Part shown: one piece after another, positions 52,021-64,000 of the stretch
Layout of the letters: the number at the start of each line of letters is the position of its first letter
Position numbering within the stretch: position 1 is the first letter of the stretch
Assembly: GCA_964016885.1 (NCBI GenBank)
Contig: OZ024742.1
Coordinates: 296,794,001 to 296,858,000 of the forward strand
Reading direction: 5' to 3'
DNA length: 64,000 nucleotides
Source: Eledone cirrhosa
Lineage: Eukaryota
The notes under the pieces: model-generated
What the model saw: the letters and a program-made list of their open reading frames with translations, nothing else
What the model was told of the DNA's origin: nothing
Database searches by the model: none
Translations under genes and position numbers: made by a program

Positions 52021-52136
52021 CCAGTGTAAGGAAAGATATCCACCCATATAAACTAAGCCAAAATGAAACGTATGAGCAAGACACGATTACTTTACTAGGG
52101 CTTTAATTTATTAACCCCATAAGAGCTCTTATGAAT

Positions 52137-52248
52137 AATTGTTTCTACATTTGGCACAAGGCCAGCAATTACTCAGTGCATTACTGGTACTTTATTTTAT
52201 CGACCCCATAAGGATGAAAGGCAAAGTTAACGTCGGCGGGATTTGAAA
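52137..52248 (-). mobile_element. SINE (8182 family), partial
   Basis: High similarity to the 3' two-thirds of the 8182 copy. Confidence 0.88.
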
Positions 52249-55200
52249 TAATTTTGTCTTATGCTATAACAATTATGTTATTAATAACGGTTTTTAATTT
52301 AGGCACAAGATCAGTAGATTTGGGGGAGGATGAAATAGTCACCAGTACTTGACAGAATGAAAGGTAAAGTTGACCTTGGTGGGATTTGAATTCAGAACAT
52401 AAAGAGCCAGAAGAAATACTGAAAAACCTTATTACCAACACTCAGGAAATTCCTGCTGTATTTTCTCAAACTGCTGTATTTTCTCAAACTCCAAATACAT
52501 AAAATTATAACCAGCAACACGTCCTTGCCACGTTTGTTGCACATTTTTCATGAACTGAGACCTTCAAAATAATCTTTGACCATGGGTTTAGAAATAATGT
52601 AACACCCCACCTCTCCACAACCAATATATCTTCTTTAGACCCACTCTATACAACCAATATTTCATCCGCTTGCTTCTGATAATTTTCCCAGATGCTCAGA
52701 TTGCACGTCACACCTCATTGTCTGTTTAGAATTAATAGTTTCTCTCACATTTCTTTATCCATAGGAGATACTCGATACATTGCTAATTTACAGTTTTATT
52801 GCCAACCAAACACAGTCAAAGTGTAATCATTATTTATTAATTAGCCATTAAAACCTTTCCAAAGTCATGATTAATGTCTTGCTTCGTGATGCCATACAGC
52901 AACATTTATGGAGACCATATAACAGGTTTCCATAAATCGGTCTTTTATTTAAAGACATGCACACTCTTATTGTGTAAAAAGTATATGTACCTCTGTTGGT
53001 TTCATTTGTGTGTGTTACATCTCTTTAATCAACATATTGCCCCACTGATTAAATTAACATGTAAGTGACTGTATATTATATAGACACATGTATCTTTAAC
53101 ATAATTCTCACATAGATTCAACATGAAACAGTATGTGACAAGGCAAGTCCTTTGAGTTTCAGACAGTTCATTTGATGAGCTTTTAAACAGTTTCTCTCAA
53201 TCCAAATTTCATTTAGGTGATGGAAAAGACAATTGCCTGAGATTCCATGAAGTGGGATAGAATCTGAGACTGTATTTAAAAAACAATTTTTTTACTATTC
53301 AGCCATGCTGTGCCTTACTAAATATCTGCAAAAGATTAGTCTATTATTTAAGCAGGATGTTGAATTGTTAAAGCATCAAACAAAATTCCTTGTGGTATTT
53401 AATGTAGAAAAGGATTTTTTTTAAGAAGGCTAAGGCAATGCGAAATAGACTATAAAAATTGGTTTAAATGAAGGCAACAAAGATGCTTGTGTGTTAACTG
53501 GTATTTTTTTTCCATCCTAATATTTTCAGGCTTAAAAACCCTTTTCTCAGTTTGTGAGGAACTCTCAGTGTATTTGTTCGTTCTTTGGGTTTTGAGTTCA
53601 AATCCTCCTGAAATCAATTTTGCCTTTCATCTTATGAGGACAATAAAATAAAGTCCCAGTCAAGTACTGAGATTGATTTAATCAACCTCTCTCCCACCCA
53701 TGTGCTTAAATTAAAAATAATTGTTTATTTAGGCTGCAATTCTTATGAGTACTCCCCACTTCTTTACACTTAATAATGTGGATTTAGCATGACTGAATGA
53801 TTAAGAAATTTACTTCACAGACGTGGAGTTTTAGAGTCAGTTACACTGCATTTGTCATCTAAGTTAAATGTCTTTTGTCATAAACTCGAGTCAAACCAAA
53901 CCTTTTTTTGTTGATATTTGTTCCAAGACTCACTAATGGAACTTGTTCCTGTTGTTGCATTAATACCCATCCTCATGATTTTACACCCACTTTTCATGCT
54001 TGCATGGGCTAGACAAGCCTTCAAACGAGATAGCTCAAAGACAAATCATAGATAAAAATTACATTCCAGATCTATCACAAGCCAAAATCAGTTGGTGAAA
54101 CATAATCAGTCAAGGGTGGGCAAAACTCTCAAATTTCAATTCTCCATTGTCTAAGCCAGAACTGTCAGTATTTAAAATATACCTGATACTGAACACTATT
54201 ATTAATAAACAAAAACTATGGTGGCTTCAAATGGGCCATATACTGTTAAACTATATTTTATCACAAACAGAAACTCAGTGTCACTAATTTTTCCAATGTA
54301 AAGACTACCAGAGAGAGAGAGAGAGAGATGGGGGGGGGGGGGGGGGGGGCATCTTGAAGTTGGTCTTTAAAAAACTACCAGGATAAGAGATGAAATACAT
54401 TTTTCACTGTGATTCTATAACAGAAACTTTTAGCTGCTTTATAATCGTCTTTGTTTTACACTTTTTTTTCTCATGTATGCATTTTTGCCCCCTGATGCTG
54501 TTCCCTTTCTTTTCTTTTTTCTCTTTCTGTCTCTCTTTCTCTCTTGTTTTTGTTTCTTAATCGTTAGCGGTATTAGATACCTCTCCTAGTCTCCATGGCT
54601 TACTAGCTCTATACAGACATTTTAATTGATTAAATAAATGAATATGTCTAAATCTGTTACAAAATTTCAAGCATGAAATATGTGAAATGTTTCAAAAGTA
54701 TATCTATTAAACTTTCTAATTTATTTGTTCTTCATGCATACAACAGTTGATCCTTTCAATATCTGGTTTTATAACTTGGAAACCTCTTTATTTTAATCAT
54801 CATTAATTTTTCCAGTGGGTGCCATATTAAACAATGGCTTTAACTTAATAATATCATTCATCAGAAAGAAAAAAGATAAATAAAATGCTCTCTTGAATTT
54901 GCAGCAAACTTATAACTGAATGGTTTCATGGTGATAAAATTTAGTGGCACTGTTGAGCCTTACACATGCTTTCCACCCTTTTAAATGTAATAAATTCTTG
55001 CATAATTTTATCTAGGCATAAACCATCCCGAAATAAATCCCGCATCTTGGATTTTATAGCAATAGCTCTTGTGTTGTAGGATTATTCACTTTCACATAAA
55101 TGATGTTTGTGGATAATAATGATAACATTAATCCTCTTCTCAAATCACAATGACTCATAAGGGAGCAGATGCTGATATGGAATATGTTATAGGGTTTAGC

Positions 55201-57374
55201 AGATCAAAAGTTAATCTTACCCCCTATATGCATTGCTAGTAATGTTATATATAGTATGAATTACCTTTATTTATAGCTTAGTTAAAAAGAAGAATGATAG
55301 TTATATTCATGACTCTTTTCAGAGTGTTTGAGATTAGTTGGAGGAATGGAATAAGTTATGATAAGGACACAGAGAATAGACTCTATTAAGTATAACCAGG
55401 GGTCAGATGGTGGCATGAAACTGGGTGGTAGGCTCAATATATTCTACAAAGATGACAAAGGAAAGAAGGAAATGGAGAATTGCTGCACTGGAGAGGGCCC
55501 ATCATAAAAAGCCAGATGTAAAAACGGTTATTATGATGAGCTTCACATTCAACAAATTTTATCAACTGTCATGGGAATCTCCATGTAGTCACTTAACTTG
55601 ATAAAAAAAACCCACTAAATTGTCCTGAGATCATATTATGCTGTCTTAAAAAAGAAATGATACATTGGATACTGTAAACCTAGACACAATGTCTAGGAAA
55701 AAATAACACGATGATCATGGCTGAAATACATTTGATCATAGACCAGCTTGATCTATGTTGATCTGAATAAAAGATCAACAATGTTAACTCCACAACACTG
55801 TCTCAACTTGAATCTGTGATACCATTTTGAATTGTCTTATAACAGGATAGAGTCCACTGATCCCTCACTTGTTCGTTCAGTACACTTTCAACTTAAGTGC
55901 CTGTATATTCTGAACCCTTTCATTACCATATTTATATTGAAGTATGCTTTACTGGAATTAAATAATGAAGGGTTTGGAAAAATTAACTAAAATTATTAGT
56001 AATTTTGTTATCAAAATGACATTTGTAACAACTTAACCAAATAGATAAAATTATGTTCAGAGAATTAAATTTAGATAAGAACCTTTTGAAATAAGGGGCT
56101 TTGTTTCACAGCACCAGAGAAAGTTTTGGGCAAGTTAGTATCAAAAATGTTAATTGTCAAACAGACTTTAAATATATGTCCACTTTATGTATGTCCACTT
56201 TTCCTTAGTCACAAGTGTTGAATCAACTTCAACACCATTGTTATTGTTCATCATCATCGTCATCATTATCATCATCTTCCTCCTTCTTCTCACACCTTCC
56301 TCCTCATCCATCCTTATCATCTTTTTACATCTGTTTTTCCATGTTGGCATGGGTTGAATGGAGGCCAAAAATACAGATTTTTCTGGAATGAAATGTAACA
56401 CATCATATGTGGTAGTATATATGGCTGCATGATAAATATGTCCAATTGACAACTATATAGTTTCAGGTCTAATTTAACTGTACAGCACTTCAGGTTACCA
56501 AAAGCCATGTGAAGGAAATTTTGTAGAAGGAGATTGTGTGGAATCCTGTCAAAATTACTTGTTTCATTTTTTCTTTCCAGATAGGAAAGGACAAGACCCA
56601 TATCCTTTTTAGGGACATCTAGACTGGGCTGGAAGGATGTATCCTCAAACTGGATACCCGACAACAGAGTTGAATCCCCTAAAGTCACCTATGGGCCATG
56701 TATTGGTGTTAAACCAAATGATGAATTAAGTCTATTATCCAAGTATGCAGCCACAGTGGGATTTGAACTTAGAATGCAAAGCGTAAGAACAAATACATCT
56801 CCTTGTCTAATGTGCAAACAAATTTACCAATCAACCATCCTGAACTGGTACTTTATTTTATCGACCTAAAAAAAATAAAAGATGAATTTAACCATAGTAG
56901 AAATGAATACAAATGTCAGTTACACAGCCATAATTAATCTTCTCTACTGAAAATGAGAATCTTAATTGGAGGCATATTATATCTAAAAATTGTAAGTCTT
57001 ACCTTTAATAAGAAAACTCATTGTTTAGTGTCGCGTTCTCCTCTTCTATTCATACCAATGCTTTGATTTTACTATTTTACTATTTCTGCAGTAAATCTCT
57101 TCAGTGAAACATATGAAAACAATGTTATAAGTAATGTACAGTATAGAAAATTATTTTTTTTTAATTATTGTAGTCTATGTGAAGTGGATTTCAAATCAGA
57201 CCAAACTGGGGATCCAGAAGGGCCAGGTGAGACAGTTGGCATGGGCTTCTTATTTTGTTTTAGTTCTTTTGTTTTGTTCTGTAACTTGTACAGAACATGT
57301 ACATCTATATACCTGTAGCCCATACATATACTACATGTATTTAGAACTAATTACTAAAATACTTAATAAAAAGT

Positions 57375-57681
57375 TTGAGATAAGGCTTACATTTTACATA
57401 TGACATGGGCTTATTACCAGCTGTGATAGCCTACATTTTATATGTGGTCTGGGACTATCAAGAGCTTTGGTGAGACTACATTTTACATCTATCCTAGGCC
57501 TATTATCAACTTTGAGAGCCTAAATTTCCCATCTAATCAAATCTATCAGCAAACTTGGGAGCCTCTATTTTATGTCTGGCTTAAAACTATTACAAACTTT
57601 GGGAGCCTACATTTGACCTGGATATATTACCAGCTTTAATGGGTCTATATTTTTCATCTGAGCTGGGCCTATTACCAACTT
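57375..57681. repeat. Degenerate minisatellite of about 40-45 bp, roughly 7 units
   Basis: CTATTACCAGCTT...GAGCCTACATTTTACAT motif recurs. Confidence 0.75.
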
Positions 57682-58989
57682 GTGTGTATGTGTGTGTAAG
57701 GGTTACAGTTCACATCAAGCCAGAGTTTATTACTCACATAACACATGACTGGCTGCCATAGTCTACAATCATAATGTTTCTAGGATTTGAGAGACTGGTG
57801 TAGCTGATTCAAATGTATAACAAAAAAACTAAGATGTGGGGCCAGTTAGTATGGCATTATATTAGTGAGTGTGAAACCTATTATGGAATTTGACAGAGCA
57901 AAATGAAGTGAATTAGACATAATAAGAGCAACATGGATAGGTGGTGAATTGGTGGAGTCATTAGACCCTTGGAAAGAATATCTTGTGGTATTTATTCCAG
58001 ATCTCTGCAATAAGAGGTTAAATCCCAGCAGTCACTTGTAATGAAGTATGACCAAATGTCAGAACATTTTTTCTTTCAATTTCTTTTTAATTGATTAATT
58101 AAATCTTCAAGCCCTGCATCACATGAAACCATATTAGCAAGACATTCTTGCAAAGTATAAAATATCACTATGACTGGATCACATTAAAAACTGAAGTTTT
58201 TACTCTAAATCTGCAAATGTTCATATCAATCTCTTCAGCTGTAAAGATACTACAAATATTTGAATTACAAACCCATTTTTAGATATTTTCTGTTAAATCA
58301 TTACAGTCTGTTCAGTGATAAATAATAAAGTAACTCCATTAACAATGTCTTGCTTTTTTTATATTTGCAGATATTTCAGATATACACACATATAAGCGAA
58401 TTAAAGATACTAATAGAAGCAACAATAATATTATTTATTAGTTATGTCTGAGTTTCAGCAGTAATCTCAGATGTCATAATTAGTGCATCATTGCTTCATG
58501 TTTCTACAGATAAAAAAAACATCAAATGACAGTGATATATTTCAAATATTTGGTCTCATTAGTACGATGGTATTTCTAACAGATGTGTCTCATTGTTAGG
58601 TGATATTTCAAATTAATATTGAAATAGTTTCAACACAGATGTGTTGAACAGGAAGTACCATAAATTATTAGAGAATTTTCATTCTATTTTGCATTTGAAT
58701 CAATAATCTCCTGTTGTTAAGTACACACGTATATGAGTATATGTGCGTATGTTTGTTTATATTTATGTATGATTATAGATATATATGCAAGCATGAATGT
58801 ATATATCAGCATCAGCATCATCATGAACACTGTTTTACGTCTGTTTTTCCATGGTTACATGAGTTGGGCAGGGCCTTTCCATCACAAAATATTTCCATTC
58901 ATCTCAGTTCTTCATCAACCCAACAGTGAAGTTCACAGACAACCACTGCTCAGGCTTTTATTGGTCACTCTCTATTATATATATATATA

Positions 58990-59091
58990 TCTGTTAGACA
59001 CACAGTGACTAACAACAGAATGTTTTAGTCTGCGTGCCTGTTCTGTTAGACACGCAGTAACTAACAACAGAATGTTTTAGTCTGCGTGTCT
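58990..59091. repeat. Tandem hairpin-forming duplication of about 52 bp
   Basis: CTGTTAGACAC(A/G)CAGT(G/A)ACTAACAACAGAATGTTTTAGTCTGCGTG twice; AGACACGCAG...CTGCGTGTCT is self-complementary. Confidence 0.9.
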
Positions 59092-59798
59092 GTGTAATGA
59101 TGACATATATGCGTAGCTTGTGAATAAAAAAATTCAAGGGGTGTCGCTGGCCGTGGTGATCGTGTGCCAAACATGTCTTGTAATGTATCATATTATTGGC
59201 TAATTTGATCGTCTTATTGGCTAATCAACCAACGAGAGTAATTGTTGCTCAAAAGCATCTGCCATTTTGTTTGCATGTTTATTTATCGTTTTGCTTTCGA
59301 ATCTGCCTCCTGTATTTCATCGATTATCATCAAAATATTTTTCTCATTTTGGTAAGTTATATTGTTAATTTATATATGATTTTTAAAATTTATGTTAACT
59401 ATTTTTTTTTCAGTTCGTTTGGATTTATTCTGTACTATACTGTACTGTACCAAGGTACAATTTGTTCTTTCTGTATACTATACTGTACTTTTAATTTTGT
59501 TTGTAAAAGTTTGTACAAATATTTTTTAAATTATCGTTTTTACAAAATGTTTGTAAAGTTTTGTTTGTAAAAAATTTTAAACACTCCAAGATAGCGCATA
59601 TTCAATAATAAATTGATAATTTATAATGATCTGGCAGTCACATTATGATTGTAAACTTTATAATTTTGATTCAAAAATAACTTTGTAATTTTGATCTAAA
59701 ATGACTTTGTAATTGTAAAATTGTGTTCTAAAATAACTTTGTAATTGTAAAATTTCATAATTTTGAAATTTCTGTGCAAAAATATCAATTTTTAATTT

Positions 59799-59991
59799 AA
59801 TTGTTTCTACTTTTGGCACAAGGCCAGCAATTATCCCAGTGCATTACTGGTACTTTATTTTATCGACCCTGTAAGGATGAAAGGCAAAGTTAACCTCGGC
59901 GGGATTTGAACTCAGAATGGCAAGGGCCGTAACTCTATGAATCAAAGCATGGCATCCTACCCTCTACCGACACTGCCAATCTACCACACTT
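59799..59991 (-). mobile_element. Young full-length SINE with 20-bp TSD
   Basis: ATATCAATTTTTAATTTAAT at 59782-59801 and 59992-60011. Confidence 0.93.
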
Positions 59992-60185
59992 ATATCAATT
60001 TTTAATTTAATGTACTTAGTTTACTATGATAGTCAACTACAGGTGTCACGTGCGTTTAAAAAAATTTGATATTATCAATATATTCGATCGCAACTTGGCA
60101 TATTTATATCTGAACATAAGTATGAGCAATGTTATTTCCTCTTATTTTGTATTTATTTAAGCTACTAATAAGTATTTATTTGCAG

Positions 60186-60613
60186 GTTCATGATGTATCC
60201 CGCAAGTGAATCGGGACCCGTCACCGATTTTGGTGTCCCCACTGCCGATGTGAATGAGCAGTGCCGAATTGGGTCTTGATGTTGCGGGCAGTTCATCTTC
60301 TTACAACCATGCGGTCCCACAAGCATGTTCGCATTGCTGTGCCAATAATCTGCCAGACGGGCGTATTAAATTGGATGCGAAAGCAGCTACCCGTATGCGG
60401 AATCGGGAGAAGTTGAGACAAAAACAGGCCGATTATAGAGCTGTGAATTCGGCTAAAATAAAGCAAAAACAGGCCGAGTATAGATCTGCAAATTCAGCCT
60501 TTATCTCAAAAACCAGCTGAGCGTACTGCTAGAAAACGTACCGAGTTGGCTAAAAAGCAGGCCGTGTACAGATCTGCGAAAGAAAGGCTGTGTATAGAAT
60601 TGTCAATAAAGAT
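60186..60613 (+). pseudogene. Broken exon-like ORF with 15-aa basic repeats (probably transposon-borne)
   Basis: TTTATTTGCAG acceptor at 60185; QKQADYRAVNSAKIK/QKQAEYRSANSAFI 45-nt repeats continuing out of frame; CpG-rich. Confidence 0.4.
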
Positions 60614-60789
60614 AATTGTTTCTACTTTAGGCACAGGCCAGCAATTATCCAGTGCATTACTGGTACTTTATTTTATTGACCCCGTAAGGATGAAAGGCAA
60701 AGTCAACCTTGGCGGGATTTGAACTCAGATCGTAAAGGGACATAACTATGCTGGAAAGCATGGCGTCCGACCCTCTACCGATACTGCCT
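60614..60789 (-). mobile_element. Young SINE
   Basis: Near-identical to 8182-8362. Confidence 0.92.
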
Positions 60790-61264
60790 ATAAAAACAAA
60801 AATGTCCCTCGTAGCGGTCTTTGTATCGAATAAGGAAACTAAAAAAATGCTTGACTTCCGGATGCAGCATTAGATCTTGGTGTACAATTAAATTACAACA
60901 TTTCTTTATATAACATGCTTATGATATTGGTTGTATCATATTTACTTGTATATTTGTCCATACAATTGTTCATTTTATGTTAGATTATTTTATTATTATT
61001 ATGTTAGATTATTTTTCTATTATTCTGTTAGACTATTTGTATGTAATATATAATTTTTATTAATTCAACTATAACAATTATTATGTAAAATATATTTATT
61101 TAATATTGATTGTTTTTTGTAGTTGTTTATATTAAAAGTCTGAAAATATTTTTATACATCTTACAATAATATTTATAAGATCATTTATAATAACAATTAT
61201 ATAATCTAATTACATTACAACAATAATTTATTATTAATATATATCTTGTTTAACTAGAGTTATT

Positions 61265-61334
61265 GGTCGATAAAATAAAGTACCAGTAATGTACTGGGTA
61301 ATTTCTGGCCTCGTGCCAATAGTAGAAACAATTA
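61265..61334 (+). mobile_element. SINE 3' fragment
   Basis: GGTCGATAAAATAAAGTACCAGT...AGTAGAAACAATTAT. Confidence 0.85.
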
Positions 61335-61363
61335 TTACAAGCGTTGCCTTAAACAAATATTAA

Positions 61364-61715
61364 ACTAGACCTGAAAAATGCGCAAGCTCAAAAGAGCCAC
61401 AGAATGATATAATTGTTTCTACTTTTGGCACAAGGCCAGCAATTATACCAGTGTATTACTGGTACTTTATTGTATCGACTTCGTAAGGATGGAAGGCAAA
61501 GTTAACCTTGGCGGGATTTGAACTCAGATCGTAAAGGGACGTAACTATGCTGGAAAGCGTGTCCAACCCTCTACCAATTCTACCAATCCACCGCACAAAG
61601 TGTACGATAGATAATGATTGCAATATTTTTGAGCAACAATTCTAGTCCCACACTTTTGAAGGTTTATTATAACATTGTGTGGCTCTTTTGAGTTTGGGCA
61701 TTTTTTAGGTCTAGT
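61364..61715. mobile_element. MITE with about 50-bp TIRs (ACTAGACC...), interrupted by a SINE at 61411-61592 (-)
   Basis: ACTAGACCTGAAAAATGCGCAAGCTCAAAAGAGCCACA versus TGTGGCTCTTTTGAGTTTGGGCATTTTTTAGGTCTAGT. Confidence 0.8.
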
Positions 61716-61752
61716 ATACTGTGTATATATATATATATACAATAGAGAGTGC

Positions 61753-61791
<39 letters not shown>

Positions 61792-62042
61792 TATGTGTGC
61801 GTGAATGATCATCATCATTATCATCACCGTTTAATGTCCATTTTTCCATGCTTGCAAGGGTCAGATAGGTTGTCCGTGTTGAGAGACATGTCTGGCCAGG
61901 ATTGGCCAAGCCTAACCTTCTTCTGACAAGACTGTATATTTGTCCTTGGTTTTTACAGCCAGATGCCTTTTCTAACACCCACCAACCACATTTTTGTGTG
62001 TATAACTATATACATATATATATGTATGCGTATATGTGTATA

Positions 62043-62091
<49 letters not shown>

Positions 62092-62275
62092 ATAATAATA
62101 AATTTGAAGACTAAAATCCAAAGAGGGTTCGATAAGTGTTTTCGCGTATGCTTGTGTATGTACGTATTTACATGCGTGTATGTATTTATTTAATTTCTAT
62201 TACCTCTGTATTGTATTTTATTTACTTTATTCTTAACTCTGAAGCGGAGATTCATTCGGTTTCCTGGTTAGAATT

Positions 62276-62546
62276 TTAGTCTACGACTTCAGCTATACCA
62301 TTTACGTGGTTTTGTCTTTGCGTGCAATTGTTCTCCACGCTCCACATATGACGTATTATCATCGTTTTTTCCGTTCATTGCCAGAGAACGTCTCTATGAA
62401 CCACCTAAGAGAACATTAGTCTACGACTTCTTTTATACCATAAACGTGGTTCTGTCTTTGCGTGTAATTGTTTTTCACCGTTCCTATTAATGACGTATTA
62501 TCTTCGTTTTCTCTCGTTCTTTGCCAGGGAACGTTTCCACGAACCA
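62276..62546. repeat. Two ~128-bp direct repeats (period about 140) within a CpG-rich insert between (TA)n tracts
   Basis: TTAGTCTACGACTTC...TGACGTATTATC...TTGCCAG(A/G)GAACGT at 62276 and 62416. Confidence 0.85.
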
Positions 62547-62687
62547 AAGTATCGTCTTCCTGTCTTCCTCCGGTTGCAACGTTTTTTGAAAATATCCACT
62601 TCTGCGTTTACAGATTGACTTTGTTAGTTTCAGAAGATCCCGTTAAGGGTGAAGGCAGCAATTCTTTGCTTAAACTTTAATCTGTTA

Positions 62688-62723
<36 letters not shown>

Positions 62724-62876
62724 AAAAAATGGGGAGAAGAATACTGCAGGTTGCACATGGATAACATGTTATAAAATGAGTCCCTCATCAGTGATTTGCC
62801 AACGATCATAGATATTTCATTGCATTAAAAATCATATACCTCACGTTGGTGCAATAATAACTAAATCAAGTTATGT

Positions 62877-62911
<35 letters not shown>

Positions 62912-64000
62912 TACTTTGGTTTTCACTTCAATTTATTATAAATTACCACAGCAGAGGTCCGGCGAGCTTTTGATTCCAGAGTCGGGCCAGATCAATACAA
63001 AACAAACCTTGAGCTGATCAATAGTGAAATGTGCATCACAACTCAATAAACATAATGAAGACATAACAAATCGTTCTTTTATTGTTATATTGACACTCTG
63101 TTTAGCTCTACACCTCATTACAGACATGAATCTATGCATCGAGTGCTCACCTGGGTGAACCTACACTTTACACCCCCTATAAATATATATACGTAACCCA
63201 TGCTAGCGTGGAAGATAGACGTTAAACGATGATGATGATGACATATATGTGTGTGTGTATATATGTATATATATATGTGTATGTATGTATAATTTTATTT
63301 TATTAGGTTCTAATATCAATAAATTAATAATAATGATAATAAGATTGAATGGAGAAAATTTTATTTTGTGGATCTTTTTTCTTTAATGATAATTTCAATT
63401 TCATTTTTTCCTCTTATCATTTATATATATTTTCCAATTATCCAAGATCTCCTCCTTCTACCTCCTCCTATTCATCCTTGTCCCACTCTTTCTCTTCCCT
63501 ATTACCCCTCTCTTCTGTCTCCTCCCTATCATCATAACAACCATAGGATTAAGAGAATCTATAGTGTTGCTAGCATGGTTTAGATTGGTTTTCAATATAA
63601 TATATTTTCCATGCATCTTGATCAAATACATCTCCTCTGTAAAGCTTAATAGTTTCCTGTTTAATTTAAGTAATTCATCTCAAACAAAAATTTACTAGCT
63701 AAGTAATTGATAAAAGAATATCCAATATAATATTAAAGATATATATTCATATCATTCAATCTTCTATGAACGGTATATATTTGTATCATTTAATGGCTGA
63801 GTGGTTACATTGTATATTGCGTTAGTAATGATTTTTATAATAATTTTCACCAACCCTTTTTACAATGTGAACTTGGTACATTTTATCATGACACTAATAC
63901 TAGAGAGGTTATCTGGCTGGATGTATAGGTTCTCTCTACCCTGTTTCTGTGATTGCAAAGGACATGCATTGACAGGAGAGAAATGAAGCAACTATGTTTC

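Overview
AT-rich, repeat-dominated eukaryotic DNA with (TA)n, (CAT/GAT)n and (CA)n microsatellites, tRNA-derived SINEs and RTE-clade LINEs. The repeat complement suggests an invertebrate, probably cephalopod (octopus-like) genome; this is an inference. No intact host protein-coding gene is supported. The long ORFs are either 5'-truncated RTE reverse transcriptases (with a C4HC3 PHD-like finger inside the RT) or translations of microsatellites. Also present: an internally deleted Gypsy-type LTR element with TSD, PBS and PPT; a non-autonomous Helitron; several MITEs; and old LINE and DNA-transposon remnants. The most notable unannotated signal is a set of type I hammerhead-ribozyme motifs (14691-14791, 15086-15186, 20114-20160, 20334-20471, 33835-33883, 46423-46545). 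Most lie in short asymmetric fold-back insertions within (TA)n tracts, consistent with non-autonomous Penelope-like or retrozyme-like elements. Other observations: a MITE with two convergent tRNA-like units, a SINE sharing its tail with a resident LINE, and a duplicated signal-peptide-like exon. Coordinates were read by eye and may be off by a few bases.
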